This document shows, piece by piece, positions 13,048 to 41,805 of a stretch of DNA of 64,000 bases. The notes below the pieces were generated by a model. The model was not told the origin of the DNA. It saw only the letters and a list, made by a program, of their open reading frames with translations, and ran no database searches. Position numbers and translations under genes: made by a program. Each line of letters starts with the position of its first letter. Position 1 is the stretch's first letter. The stretch is from Hormiphora californensis (lineage: Eukaryota > Animalia > Ctenophora): the NCBI GenBank assembly GCA_020137815.1, contig CM035359.1:6882001-6946000 (forward strand), in the 5' to 3' direction.

Positions 13048-15962
13048 TTAAGAGAACTGTTATAGATAATGGTTCAATGCAACTATAATGTGTACAAGTG
13101 CCTAGCAGTCTTATATAGTAAAGAGAAGAGGACAGCGTGAAGAAATTGAAGGACAGATAGATAGATAGAGAGGGATAGATATAGATATAGATATATAAGA
13201 TAGATAGATAGATAGATAGAGAGAGATAGAGAGAGATAGATAGAGAGAGATAAAGAGATGCCTCTGAAGTGAGACTTTTGGTTTATACCAGGAGTTTGCA
13301 AACAGTCAAGTTTTGTTATTGCTTGGTAAAAAAATCTGCTGCTCCACAAACTACAACTTAAATCTGTGTTCAGGTAATAAAACTAGTGTAAAATGGAAAA
13401 TTAAAAGAAAGGAAAAGGGGGGGAAAAAAAGAGAGAAAGAAAAAAAAGGGGAAGAGAAAAGAAAAGATAAAGGGGGGGAAAAAAATGAAGGGGAAGAAAA
13501 AAGGGGAAAAAAGAAGAGGAAAAGGGGAAAAATTAAAAAAGTAATTTTAAGAAAAAATTTTTTTAAAATAAAAAGAAGAAAAGGAAAAAAAAAAAAAGGA
13601 AAAAGGGGGGAAGAAAAAAAAGGGGGAAGATAGAAAAGAGAAAAGAGTGCCCCTTTAGTGAGACTTTTGGTTTTTTTAAAAGGATTTGCAAAGTGTTTTG
13701 CTTGGTAAAAAAATTTGGCTCCACAAACTCAAATAAAACTTTCCCCTTTAGCTTTAAAACAAAAATATTTTAATTTTTAAATTTGCACTTTTCTAAAAAC
13801 CCTTATTTTTCCCTTTTTCCCCCCCTTCCCGTTCCAAATCTTTCTTTTTGCACTTTTAAATCTCTGTTTTTTTATCCAATCACATTGCATCTGTCTAAGA
13901 ATTCCAGACTGTGCAACAATTCACAGCCCTGGGAGAGAGCGTGAAGATACACCGCGACTCTCCCTTTTTTTAAAGCTGATTTTTCTTTTCCCCCGTCCCC
14001 CCTCTCTAAGCCTTGATCTTTTCTCTTATTGTCTACATTTTTTTTTCTCACTGTATTGAGGGGTTGCGCTGTCTTTGTACAGAACAGCGTAGCAGAGTTT
14101 CAGTTAGGGACGGTTCTCAAGTTCCCTCTTTTTGGGACCCTATTGCGCTTGCGAGTAATTAAAGGAAAGGCCAAAAAACCCGCCCGGAAAATTGGAGAAT
14201 TCCCTGGAAATTGCACGGACCTTTTTTTTTTTCCCCCACTTTAAGGCCTAGCCCTGTGAAGAAATTGGGGGGGGGCCTTTTTTCGGCCTATAAAAACTTT
14301 TATGCCCAAATTGTATCGTGAGGTAATTGGGAATTTTTAATACCACCTGGTTCCTTTGAAATTTTCCATTTCAAAATTTTTATTTATTTTGATAAGTAAA
14401 TTTTTTGGCTTAAATATTTTTTTTGGGCAAAAATAAACCCTTTTTTGACCTTTTGAACACTGCTTTATTTTTATAACGTTTGCCCCGGGGTTCAAGACAA
14501 ATTTTTTTTGGAAACCTTTTCTTAAAACTTTCGAATGGTTACTTTTCCCCCGATTGGAACGAAAAACGAAAGATATCTAGAAAATGACCTTTCAGTTCTT
14601 GCATCCATTTTTTTTCTCTTTTAAAAAATTTCTTTAATTTCAATTTTCCTAGTTCCTCGCCCCGTCCTTTTTCTCGTTTTTTTCATTTTTCCCAAAACTT
14701 TCCATATCTTTTTTCTCCCCTTTTTTTTCCTTTCTTCTTTTTCTCCCTTTTCCCTTCTCTCTCTCCTCTCTCTCTTTTTCCTTCTTTCTCTCCATCCCCT
14801 CAAAGCTTACTTCTCTCAAAAAAGGGTTTAAATTTTTCTATGGGAACATACCCGTATTAATAAACTTATAGTTTCGTGAATTGGGTTCGGGTTTAAATTT
14901 TTTGGGCAAATCAAATTGTTTACCACACTCTAACCCTCTTCCCGTATTCTTTATTGTATTTGAGAAATTATATCCCGGATATCCAATGCTATATAAATAT
15001 GTTAATATGTGGTTTTATTGAGGTATATCGAGGTAAAATTGAACAATAAATCGTGCAAAAAACAACAATTTGACGTATCTGTGTGTATAGATGAAAATTT
15101 CTCAAACCCGCTGACACTTATAATAATACTTGAATGAGTTAGATGAAAGGATAGAATGTTGGACCCCATTTTTTTTATGTGTATATGTTTAATAAACTGA
15201 CCTGTTATAATCATCTCTCTCTGTCGATGAAACGATTGCTGCAGCAGACAGGACTGGCAAAAAGCAATCAACTGGGATCATATTCATATAAGTCATCTTT
15301 CAACTTTTTTTGAAATAGTGAGAGTTAATTATTTTATCTTTGCAGAGTTGACATATCACTTTTATCTCTCTTGACCTTTTGATTGACCTGTAATACTTTT
15401 CGGTCGCGTCAGAAATTTTTGGCCTTTTTGTCTTTTCCTTATGATTATTTTTTCATTAAAATTGCTGCCCCAAAGAATTTTTCTTAATTGGATAACCCCG
15501 CAAAAATCTTCATCAAATAACCATCTTTTTGACCCAATAAGGGTGGCAGGGGGCCGACCAGCGGGGGGACCGGAGGTCCCTCCCAAAGGGGCCCGTTTTT
15601 GGGAGAACGGTTTGAAGATAAAATGTTGCGGGGGATACCAAATGAAAGGGGGCCCCCCCCAGGTTCCTAAAAAACAAAGACCCGCTGCAAACAGGGGGGG
15701 TAAAAAGGGGTGGGGAGTTTTTAGTTGGGAAGTGGGTGGTAACTATTATATTACCATGATAATGTTAAACTTGAATTATTGAACCGTTTATTATCACGAT
15801 ATATGCTGTCCATGTACCGCTGAGTGACACAAAAGAGAAACACTCCGCCTGCCTTTTGGTATATGCCTATAGATCGTGTTGCTGTTCATGTATCTAAGGA
15901 TCAGTTTATTGTTTATTAGCCAACTTCCTCATTATATGCTCATATGTTGTAATAACTCTCAG

Positions 15963-16118
15963 CATAGAAGCACATCATCAAGGCCAGGCAGCAGACAGCA
16001 TACACCCTGCAGGACCCCCCTTCCATCTCTAACTCCAGAGTCAACAGCTGCGAGGCAGTTCACTTCGTTAGAGACCATTCCTCCTCCAGTAATGCCCCAG
16101 TTCGGAATCATGGCAGGG
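15963..16118 (+). CDS. Candidate internal exon (Ser/Pro-rich), nested plus-strand gene
   Basis: ctctcag|CAT AGA...GCA GGG|gtaatc, encoding HRSTSSRPGSRQHTPCRTPLPSLTPESTAARQFTSLETIPPPVMPQFGIMAG. Confidence 0.4.
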
Positions 16119-16149
16119 GTAATCACGTGTGTTATGGGATTTAGAGGTG

Positions 16150-16421
16150 TTGGAATCCTGCTGTCGTGGGATTTGGCTGTTTCACTTTGTTTGAATCCTT
16201 TTAACGTGGCATTTGGCTGTTTTACATTGTTTGAATCCTGTTTACGTGGGATTTGGCTGTTTTACTTTGTTTGAATCCTGTTTACGTGGGATTTGGCTGT
16301 TTTACTTTGTTTGAATCCTTTTAACGTGGCATTTGGCTGTTTTACATTTTTGGAATCCTGTTTACGTGGAATTTGGCAGTTTTACTTTTTTGGAATCCTG
16401 TTTACGTGGAATTTGGCTGTT
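16150..16421. repeat. 40-bp minisatellite, ~7 copies
   Basis: atttggctgttttactttgtttgaatcctgtttacgtggg at a 40-bp period (16171, 16211, 16251 and on). Confidence 0.92.
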
Positions 16422-17178
16422 AAAATATTTTTCAGGGAATTTATTTTAGCTGTTTTTCTTCGTTTGGCTGTTTTTTGACATCAACACATTCTTATTATAG
16501 ATTCAAAAATGCACAGTACAAGCCATGTCTCACTTTACTTCTTCTGAATTAACCATAACCAATGCCATGGGATTCTAATTTCTATGATATGTACCATTAT
16601 ATTATAGGCGTGGAACTAACAATCTCTCTGTCAACCCTATGTCACAGTTCTAATTCCAATTATTCCTTCCTTACTTTTGGCATTTTGCATCTTTTCCCTA
16701 TCATTCCTCGTTAGGAGAGAGAGCAGGTGAGACATCTTGAAGTCTTGACTTAGATGAGCCTATTACTCCAATTATTCACCCCGCTTTTGTCTTATAATAC
16801 CGCCACCAATTTACTTTTTTAAATACCGCTTTTTGTGGTCGAGTCTGGATATTCTCTTGTCAGCAAGTTTCCCGGCACATATATATCTAGGTTAATTTAT
16901 AGTAACCAGCCTGTGTCACTAGCCTTTGATTTGTGATTCCTGCAGAGTCTACTTTTCATTCTGTCTTTACCTTTGCTTTAATCATAGTCAAGCTACAGAG
17001 ATAGAAGAAATAATGGAATTAACTGGATGGAAAAATTAATAATTGGCCAGTTTAGTGGGACATTATCATATATCGGTCCACGGCCCACTCATTATATATT
17101 ATGCACCGATTTTAGTGGTTTTAATTTGTCTTTCTTGAGATAGAGGTAAAAAGAGGTGAGAGATAGAGAGAAAGAGAG

Positions 17179-17283
<105 letters not shown>

Positions 17284-18355
17284 AATGAGGGGAAGGAATG
17301 AGAAAAGATAGACCGTACTGGTAGGTGCCGGCACAGAGAAAGAGAGAGAAATGGTGCAGCGAAAGATGGAATAAGGAAGGTGGTACATAGCGAGAGGTAT
17401 ATAGAGCTGAGAAGAACTGCTTAGGTATGTCTAAGAATGCTATATGGGATAGAAATGCACTGCGAATATTTCTGTAACATAATTGCTAGTTTTCATATGT
17501 TTCGTGCTTGCATATAATATATAATAATATCGCCTACCCTTGAAGCAGTCATGAGTCTATGTAAGGTTTTTCTTGGCTTAACTATCTGTGAGAGCTCCGT
17601 ATTTGAACGGACACATTAAATAGCTATCTGCAGTATTTTAGAGGGCTTGCAGTCTGCGGGTTCTTTCTCCAGTACTATCTGACTGTTGTTACAGCTACCC
17701 TTATAATATAGTTTATTGAGAGCTTGGTATTCCTATTATATCAACTCGGTCAACTGAAGTTATATCCAATTATTCTATCTGTTTTCCTCGTTCAGACTCT
17801 GTTCTAAGGTGTGTGAGAACTTTGCTTGGTTTACCAGTTTCCCTACTCTTGAATACTAATTCTAATACACTCGTCTGTGAATCTGAATGCCTGAAAAACG
17901 TGGAAAACATGAGCCAAATAATGGAAATTCAAAAGCGGAAGAAAGGGAAGGATCAGCGTCAAAAAGTGCGGGAAAGAATATTCAAATTGTCCACGGGACG
18001 AAACGAAATTACGAATTTACATTTGATGTCGCAAAGGTAAGAATAAACAAAACTAATTAGGCTAAGCAAAAAAATATTAGCTGAATATGTTTTTTATATA
18101 AATATGTTTTTTATTGATAGCTGATGGACGATTGTCAACTGAATAACTCATTTGTTTTGTTCAGAACCATCTTTAAAAGGTTACAGGAGGTAGGGTCGAG
18201 CAAGGCAAAGGCTCATGTGAGCTTGTACAATCATGAATTAATTCAATGGAATGCATAAAAACATAGCTTAGTCTCTATAGTCTATAATAGTACTAGTAGG
18301 TCAAGATGCAGCAGTGCTGACGGCGATTCATGGTCGGGGACTGTAGTATTATCAC

Positions 18356-18386
<31 letters not shown>

Positions 18387-18781
18387 CCAATCCCTCTCTC
18401 TTTCTGTCTCTATCTCTCTCTCTCTCCCAATCCCTCCCTCTCTCTCTCTCTACCTTTATCTATCTCTCCATATATTCTCAACAATACGTCCTGCTCTCGG
18501 CTCTACACGACGTTTAACGTTGAACTTATTTCCATAAGTTTCCATGGGGTTCTCTCGCTCTCGTTCTTTATGCATCTCGGTCTACCCGACTTTATGTCCA
18601 TGTACATATACTTGTTAAGACAACTGTAGTCCTCTTGATTTGTTGAGTCCTGGCATCATTATTGTTTACTGTACCATTGCACACGTAGATCGGAACGGTT
18701 CGGAGAGGGCAGTTTTTTGTTAGAAAACATTTTCGGAATCTTTGAGGCAATTTAACGCAATCACTAGGCCGGATATCTATA

Positions 18782-18929
18782 CTCCATTTTTTTTCAACTG
18801 TTCACCCCCCAATGTCGTGCGCGGAAATGTTTTGCGCGTCTATCACATGTTAACGTGTAGCGCGCACAGTGTAAATTAAAATATCGCACGCGCACGAGTT
18901 GGAGGGTGAACAGTTGAATAAAAATGGAG
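18782..18929. mobile_element. ~150-bp TA-flanked MITE (CTCC...GGAG ends, Stowaway/Tc1-like)
   Basis: TA|ctccattttttttcaactgttcaccc ... gggtgaacagttgaataaaaatggag|TA. Absent from the duplicate copy at ~20232. Confidence 0.8.
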
Positions 18930-19776
18930 TACATTTCTTTTGAAAAGGGAATCACAACTTATATTAACATTTTGATATTCTAAGTTGTTAAAAAAACACG
19001 TTTCTGACTGCACATTTATTGACAGGTCCTTCATAAAAAATTTTTTAGTGAAGACTAAATGGGATCGGGGCCGTGATGAAAGAATAAAAACACTGCAGTA
19101 AATTTTCAAACAGAAGAAGCGCTGAAGAAAAAAAAACAGTTTTTTAAGTGCAAATATTTCTTGGTTGGAGTTTGACATAGAAAAAGTTTTTCATTTGAGC
19201 CATGATATACCAAAAGCGAAATAAAAAAAAATTAAGATTTTTGTGGGGGGGCGTCCGCTGCTCCCGCCTATGGATGAAAAATTTTGATCTAGAATTACAC
19301 TTTGATTTCTTTTGGGTTTTTAAACCGGGGTTTTTTTAATTTTTGGGGAATTTTTATTTCCCCCTTTCCCCCGTTTGGTGGGTGGGGGTGATGTCGCAAA
19401 GGGTAAGAAAACAAAACTAATTAGGCTAAGCAAAAAATATTAGCTGAATATGTGTTTTTTATAAAAATATGCTTTTTATGATCGCTGATGGACGATTGAA
19501 AACTGAATAACTCATTAGTTTTGTTCAGGGCCATACTTTAAAGGTTACAGGAGGCAGGGTCGAGCAAGGCAAATGCAAAAAAATGATTCCATGTGAGCTT
19601 GTACAATCATGAATTTAATTCAATGGAATGCATATAAAAAAACAGTCTCTATAGTCTATAATAGTACTAGTCAGGCAAGATTGCAACATGCTGACGGCGC
19701 GATCTCATGGTCGGGGACGTAGTATTATCACATCTCTATCTCTCTCTCTCTCTCTCCCAATCCCTCTCTCTTTCTG

Positions 19777-19868
<92 letters not shown>

Positions 19869-20260
19869 AATCCCCCTCTCTCTCTCTCTCTCTCTCTACC
19901 TTTATCTATCTCTCCACATATTCTCAACAATACGTCCTGCTCTCGGCTCTACACGACGTTTAACGTTGAACTTATTTCCATAAGTTTCCATGGGGTTCTC
20001 TCGCTCTCGTTCTTTATGCAGCTCGGTCTACCCGACTTTATGTCCATGTACATACTTGTTATGATAGCTGAAGGTACATGTAGTCCTCTTGATTTGTTGA
20101 GTCCCGGCTTCATTATTGTTGACTGTACCATTGCTCACGTAGATCGGCACGGTTCGGAGAGGGCAGTTTTTTGTTAGAAAACATTATCGGAATCTTTGAG
20201 GCAATTTAACGCAATCACTAGGCCGGATATCTATTTCTTTTGAAAAGGGAATCACAACTA

Positions 20261-21110
20261 CAGTCGGACCCCGATTTAACGGCCCCCGATTTAGCGGCAC
20301 CCCGATTTAACGGCAGGATAAATTTCCCCCAACAATTTTTTTGAAAATTTTTTGAAATTTTTTCAAAGGTGTTTCAACCACGTCCGAATCGTGTTTCGAA
20401 TCGGTGCATCTTATTGCATGTCTTACCCGTAATTAGACGGTTCGAAACGAACAGATATGTGATCCCCATGAGGCCCATCGAGTCGCAATTTCGACACTCG
20501 TTAAACTGGCCCCATAGGGATCACGTATCGGTTCGTTTCGAACCGTCTAATTGGCGACAGGACGTGCAATGAGATGCACTGATTCGAAACACGATTCGGA
20601 CGTGGTTGATATATCTTAGAAAAATTTTCATAACTTTTTTTGGAAAATTTTACAGAATGATTGTCAATGCTTTGATCGGTGCTCCCCATGAATTTTCAGA
20701 GAAAAAGATATTTTGAAATTCGAATTCTTCCTCACCCCGCTTAAAGAGCCCCGATTCGGCATGATATCATGTATCGGTTCGTTTCGAACCGTCTAATTAG
20801 CAGCAAGACATGCGATAAGATGCACTGATTCGATATACGATTCGGACGTGGTTGATATACCAGTACACGTACCTTAGAAAATTTTTATAACTTTTTTAAA
20901 AATTTTTTAAATTATTTTCTTTTTCTAATCAGAAATGATCATGTAATCAATACATGGACATTGCATTTACTAAGAGGTGTTTTAGTATAGTATTTTGGAC
21001 AAAAATAGGGGTTTATGGGCCAAATATGCTCTACCCCGATTTAACGGACACCCCGATTTAACGGACAAAACCCTTTCCCCCGAGGGTGCCGTTAAATCGG
21101 GGTCCGACTG
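20261..21110. mobile_element. TA-flanked MITE, family A (opposite orientation to 9174-10038)
   Basis: TA|cagtcggaccccgattta ... ttaaatcggggtccgactg|TA. Absent from the duplicate copy at ~18960. Confidence 0.9.
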
Positions 21111-21136
21111 TACCTAATGTTTTGAATAAAATTTTG

Positions 21137-22569
21137 GGCACTGTTAGGAATGGCCGACACTAACAATTTTTTTGTTAGTGTTTTTTGTTAGTGACGTCAC
21201 TAACAAAAAATTGTTAGTGTTTTCACTAACAATTTTCACAAACAAAAAAATTGTTAGTGTTTTCACTAACAATTTTCACTAACAAAAATGTTGTTAGTGT
21301 TTTCACTAACAATTTTCACTAACAAAAATTTTGTTAGTGTTTCTAATTGGGGTGATGGTTATGAGATACGATTCAGGGACGCATTATTGGCAGTGTGAGA
21401 CGATACGGGTTATGGAACATGATTCGGTGAAGCTTATTAGGATGGTTAGGCGACATGAGACACGATTCGGGGAAGGTTTTCTTCGTTTTTCAAGTAACGA
21501 TACATGGAAAATGAAGATATTTGTGAGTAGACAAGGAATACACCAATTTCAAGAGAATAAAACTAAAAACACAAATCAAATAACTTGTCCACATTTAGTT
21601 GCTCTGTCCAACAATTGGAGTACAATACGAACCGATTACCCTACCATATGATCCTATCACCCTGCCACATGCACATGAACCAATTACCACACCATATGAT
21701 CCGGTCAAACAGACCGATTACCACTGCACTTGAGGTATCACGTATCGGCATGAGGTACACCGAATCGTGAGCAGTATCCCGTATCGGTTGATGTTGTAAG
21801 AGGTTCCGCTGCTAATGAGGCACACCGAATCGTGAGCAGTATCCCGTATCGGGGCTCAGTGCTCACGATTCGGTGTACCTCATTAGCGGCAGAACCGCTT
21901 ACAATGTGAGCCGATACGACGGTATCCCAGTATATCGCTCCTACTTGATAATGAGGAAGTGAACTTACAAGAGAGTTTACAGACCCATTGGACGGCTCTG
22001 CACACTCTTCCCCGACACCATACACAATCGGATGAACGAACCTGCCACAAAATCCGCCAAACTGGCAATATCTCAAATGGAGAGCCTTTCAACAGAGCAA
22101 CTAAATGTGGACAAGTTATTTGATTTGTGGTTTTAGTTTTATTCTCTTGAAATTGGTGTATTCCTTGTCTACTCACAAATATCTTCATTTTCCATGTATC
22201 GTTACTTGAAAAACGAAGAAAACCTTCCCCGAATCGTGTCTCATGTCGCCTAACCATCCTAATAAGCTTCACCGAATCATGTTCCATAACCCGTATCGTC
22301 TCACACTGCCAATAAGGCGTCCCTGAATCGTATCTCATAACCATATATATCACCCCAATTAGAAACACTAACAAAATTTTTGTTAGTGAAAATTGTTAGT
22401 GAAAACACTAACAAAATTTTTGTTAGTGAAAATTGTTAGTGAAAACACTAACAATTTTTTTGTTAGTGAAAATTGTTAGTGAAAACACTAACAATTTTTT
22501 TGTTAGTGACGTCACTAACAAAAAACACTAACAAAAAAATTGTTAGTGTCGGCCATTCCTAACAGTGCC
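21137..22569. mobile_element. Non-autonomous foldback DNA transposon, ~470-bp TIRs, 8-bp TSD aaattttg
   Basis: ggcactgttaggaatggccgacac... / ...gtgtcggccattcctaacagtgcc. Arms 21137-~21607 and ~22092-22569 are nearly identical, with subterminal ttgttagtg/cactaacaa arrays. TSD at 21129-21136 and 22570-22577. Confidence 0.92.
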
Positions 22570-23130
22570 AAATTTTGATATTCTAAGATGGTCATAACAA
22601 CACGTTGCTGCACGTGCACATATTATTGACAGTTGTTGCTCCTTCATAAAATATTTCAGTGAAGCACTATAATGGGATCGGAGCCGTGATGAATGAATAA
22701 AAAGCACTATGCAGTAGAATTTTCAATCAGAAGAAGCCGCTTGGTAGAAAAAAAAGCAGTTATATTAAGTGCATAATATATTCTTGCTGTTGGAGTTTGA
22801 CCTAGAAAATTGTTCTCATTTGAGCCATGATATACCAAAGCGAAATCGAAAGTAATTAAGATTTCTGTGGGTAGGCTGTCCGCTGCTCCACGCCTATGCG
22901 ATGAAGAATTCTTGATCTAGAATGACACTTATGATAACTTGTTTAATTGACCTGTAGCTGTCTGTGTGGTTTTTTTGGCTAATTTTTATGGGAAATTGTG
23001 ACATATTTAGCGACTCTCTCCTAAAAGCACTTTAAGAGAATACGACACTAACATGCGGCCACGCTCGCCACTGGGTGATTACTAGATAATGGATGCATGC
23101 ACACACCATCTCTCTCACGTTCTCTCTCAC

Positions 23131-23174
<44 letters not shown>

Positions 23175-24822
23175 CATCTCCCTATTTCTCTACTTCTCTC
23201 TTTCTTGCGTGGGTACTGATTGTTTGTCTGCGCATGTGTGCTTTTCCGCCCTCTCTCTCCGCATCTCATCTACTTTGTGATCAATAATTTCAGTGCATTG
23301 TGGAACATACTAAGTACATTTCTCTATATGATTCTCTTTTCTACTCGAGTCTATCTTTGCTCTCTGTTATTATGATTTTATCCGCTTACTGATCGGTCAT
23401 TAGCCATTGTGTACGATTTTATAGCGATTTCTTGAATAATAATAATACTATTGATCAATGTATTGGAAAGCTCAAAGGTTTCTATCGTCGTCCTTGACAC
23501 TGTTGCAATTGCTTAAAAGTGCGTACCGGGGCTTTCACGGGGTTGTCCATCTGTGCACCATGTGGCCTGTGCAGTGTGCACTGCATGTCACATGTGTCTG
23601 ATAGCCTGTGTAAAATCATGTGCAGATCTGGTGGGAGCAGAACAGCACTTATACTATGAGTTCAGCATGTGGTCACATGTCAACAACAACCATATATCAC
23701 CGACTGATAAGCATTTAGATGGGATGTATCTCAGTACTGGGAATCTCATATAAATGCTTATTTTAAAGGACCCTGCACGTACTAAGCTGGGACAACTGCA
23801 TGGACGAACACTAAACATCTTGCCGAATTCTTCCTCAGTTGGGTCTTATTAGCGAGTAATTGGTGGAAAAGTCATTAATTATTGTTGAACCCAAACCTTA
23901 AATTCCAATTAACTTAAACTTAAAACTAGTTGTCAGCCTTTGTGCAGTATGGATTAGTGTTGCTTGTACGGTGCATTGCCTGATTCATGAGGTTACATAT
24001 ATCGTATTTAACTGATTGTCATATCACCATGAACTACACCACCATGCAGCTGCTGGACACAATTATGAACATGAGATAACAGCTCGTACTGGTATGCCCA
24101 TCAACGTTTCGAACCAAGTTTACAGTGTACGTGTGGGAAAGGTTGTCTCGGAGGAGTGGTCTAAAAAGAGACTCAAACCGGAGTCTGAATTTGACGCAGT
24201 TGATTTCCATGCCAGTTGCTATGACAACAGTGGAATACTTGTTAGCAGCGTTAGGGAACATGGGGTAATGTATAATTGAATTGTATGATTATATCTCATT
24301 TGGTTTGCAATAACGCTCGCTAATTATTGCTAGTATACTTGGCTAGTTGAACGTATTAGGAGTAATCTCGGGCTACGAGTATTAAAACTGTTTGTTTTCT
24401 TACTTTTGCACGCTGTAAACTAATTTGACAAAACTTTCTCATGATCATCCAAAATTATGATTTCAACATTTTCATCTCTATATGTACATATTACCATTTA
24501 AATTGCCAGGAAATAGTTATTTCAATATTTACCGACGTTTTCAACCAAATTTCTTTCCGGTGATCATCACATATTATTCCGAACGAGTTTAATTAATTCC
24601 TAATTACCATCCTAATTAATTCCTAATTACCATCCTTATAACGATCTTGTCCAAGTATTCTTCTAGTTTCGATCATCCACTAGTTGCAGAGTTGCTGCTG
24701 GTGACCTATTAATTGACACACTATATATATTGGTAATCGGAAGCAGTGCTCCACTAACTCACAATACATTCTGCGTGTTTTGTTGTAGCTTTGTTATAGA
24801 TCACAGTATAGATTTTGTACAG

Positions 24823-29255
<4,433 letters not shown>

Positions 29256-30201
29256 GTAAGTAATCATACAAAGGAACATATTCGTTCCTCAAACATTATT
29301 TTATTGTTACCCAGATTTCTGATACATTTCGATCTGTACATCAGATGTATTTACTTTTGATTTCATAATTGTGACTGATTATAATATTAAAATCTAGCAG
29401 TTCTCTTTTTGCTTTTCAGTAGTCTTGCAGTAAGATGTACGTGCTTAGCGGTAGACAGCTCATAAATTGGTAGCTGTCTAACATACAGTGTAAAAAAGAA
29501 GAGAGCTTACTAATTAAATGACCTTTGTACGTAGACACATCTTCACTTTGCCACTCCCAACTTTAGCAGTTTAGTTTTAATTTTTAGAACATTTATTCAA
29601 ACTTACAAGTCTAAGAAAATCATGAGATTATATTATGGTCATGAATATTTGCATTCAAGACCAACCCACTCACATTTTGGTGGGCATTGTTATCAACTTG
29701 TTGTTGAAAAACAATTCTGCAGAGTTCACCCGTGCTTTTCTGGGAAACTGTATGGAAATTTCATGACCTTATATGACCTTATATGACCTTATATGACCAT
29801 GAACTCACTTGTGTGCTGTCTAACCATGCATGTAGAACGTGCAGATAAATCTAGAAATATACCTGAAACTAGAACCAAAGTGGTAAACTTGATTCGCAGC
29901 TCATATCCCAATTCAAATGCTGACTTCACTGCCGTTCAGACATGCAGCAGACAGTGACAGCACTATCCAGTAGACTGCAACTATCTTCTCTCTTTCTCTC
30001 TTTCTTCTCTCGCTCTCTCTCTCGCTCTCTCTCTCGCTCTCTCTCTCACTCTCTCTCTTCCTCTCTCTCTCTACTAATCTAATACAAGGGCACTATAGGT
30101 TTTGCCGAATTCGCGAATACAGTGGCCATGTGAAGCCCTTGGCAAGTTTTGTCGACGAATATTACCACCCTGCTGTATCTCTGTTCTGTTTTGTTTTCAA
30201 G

Positions 30202-40780
<10,579 letters not shown>

Positions 40781-41433
40781 TGAAAAATGTCAGGTTTGCT
40801 TTACCATACACAATTACACCATGTGCTTCCTATTTTTTTCTAATCTCCCCACCAAATTACTGGAAGTAATATAGCATGGTTAGATACAGTTATCTCTCAA
40901 TTGACCAGGCCCCTCGAAATCTAAGTCCTTGAGAGTTGGCTGTATCAAGTTTGTGTTTTTGGCATTGCATATCTGGCATTCGAGGTTAGCGAGTTCATTT
41001 TTGTTATACATGTTGCTTTTGTCAGACTAATATATGTGATTCCACTCATATATTATACAATTATATACACCACCTTAATTTACTGATCTCCCCCAATCGG
41101 GAGGGCGGGGTGTGATCAGTCCCATCTATTCTTCTTTACCCCACACATCACGTGTAAAGGTTCCTTTCACTGTAATTTAAACTTCAGTTTAACGAAATAA
41201 ATCAGAGTAGTGAAGCCGAAATTAATTCCCCATTACCCCACTTACGTACATTCCCACACGTCACATGGCTTGGTGACCTACAAGTTGGCTAAAACCCTGG
41301 CTCATAGAATCTATGAGCCAAAGTTATAGGCTGGTAGGTAATCACATGAAGCTTTACCCACACAGATATAAATATGTTTGGCTCATAGATTCTATATATA
41401 ATAAATTTATCCCAATTCCCAATTCGCACATAC

Positions 41434-41805
41434 CTGAGGGGCGGCTGATGTTGGTTTCGAGACGGGTGGCGGGGTCGGTTTCATGGCAGGGGAAGATGGT
41501 TTCTTGGGTGTCAACACTCGAACCTGCTTATCAAACATTGCACCGTCTTCTGCAAATGTATACAGTGTTGTTGAGTAACTCAACAAATATAGTGTGCTTT
41601 ATAGTGATATCAAAGTATATTTAGGGTAACCGGAAACCCTGCAATACTTACCATCACGAAGTTTCAGTTTTTCGGTGAAATAACTGGCAGAAAAAGACAG
41701 GATATCCTCAGGCTGGTCCCGTAGCACCTCCCGCGCAAGTGACTCGAGGAGGGCCTGGAATCCTGGAGGTATGCAAATGTTCTGGGGTGCGTAGCGGACT
41801 GACAT
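41434..41805 (-). CDS. SPA17: Sp17/SPA17-like gene, 5' coding exons: RIIa dimerization/docking domain (41805-41652) and Pro-rich linker (41549-41434)
   Basis: MSVRYAPQNICIPPGFQALLESLAREVLRDQPEDILSFSASYFTEKL matches the Sp17-type DD/RIIa pattern (IPxGFxxLLExLxREVLRxQPxxIxxFAxxYF). Donor g|gtaagt at 41651. Exon 2 (EDGAMFDKQ..SAAPQ|gtatgt) ends in phase 0, matching the IQ exon at 6985. Confidence 0.9.

Larger units (their letters stand above)
18025..22940. repeat. Tandem segmental (probably haplotypic) duplication: 18025-~19320 vs 19390-~22940
   Basis: Both copies start gatgtcgcaaag..gtaagaa..acaaaactaattaggctaagc and stay collinear, but carry different TE insertions. Confidence 0.85.

Noticed and set aside
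13313-13633. Lys/Gly/Glu-rich ORF and similar ORFs at 14621-14803, 15362-15782 and 51078-51884
   Set aside because: They arise from low-quality homopolymer-biased sequence.
21331-22374. Two near-identical ORFs (MLVFLIGV...) on opposite strands
   Set aside because: They are mirror images within the foldback TIRs, with no transposase motifs.
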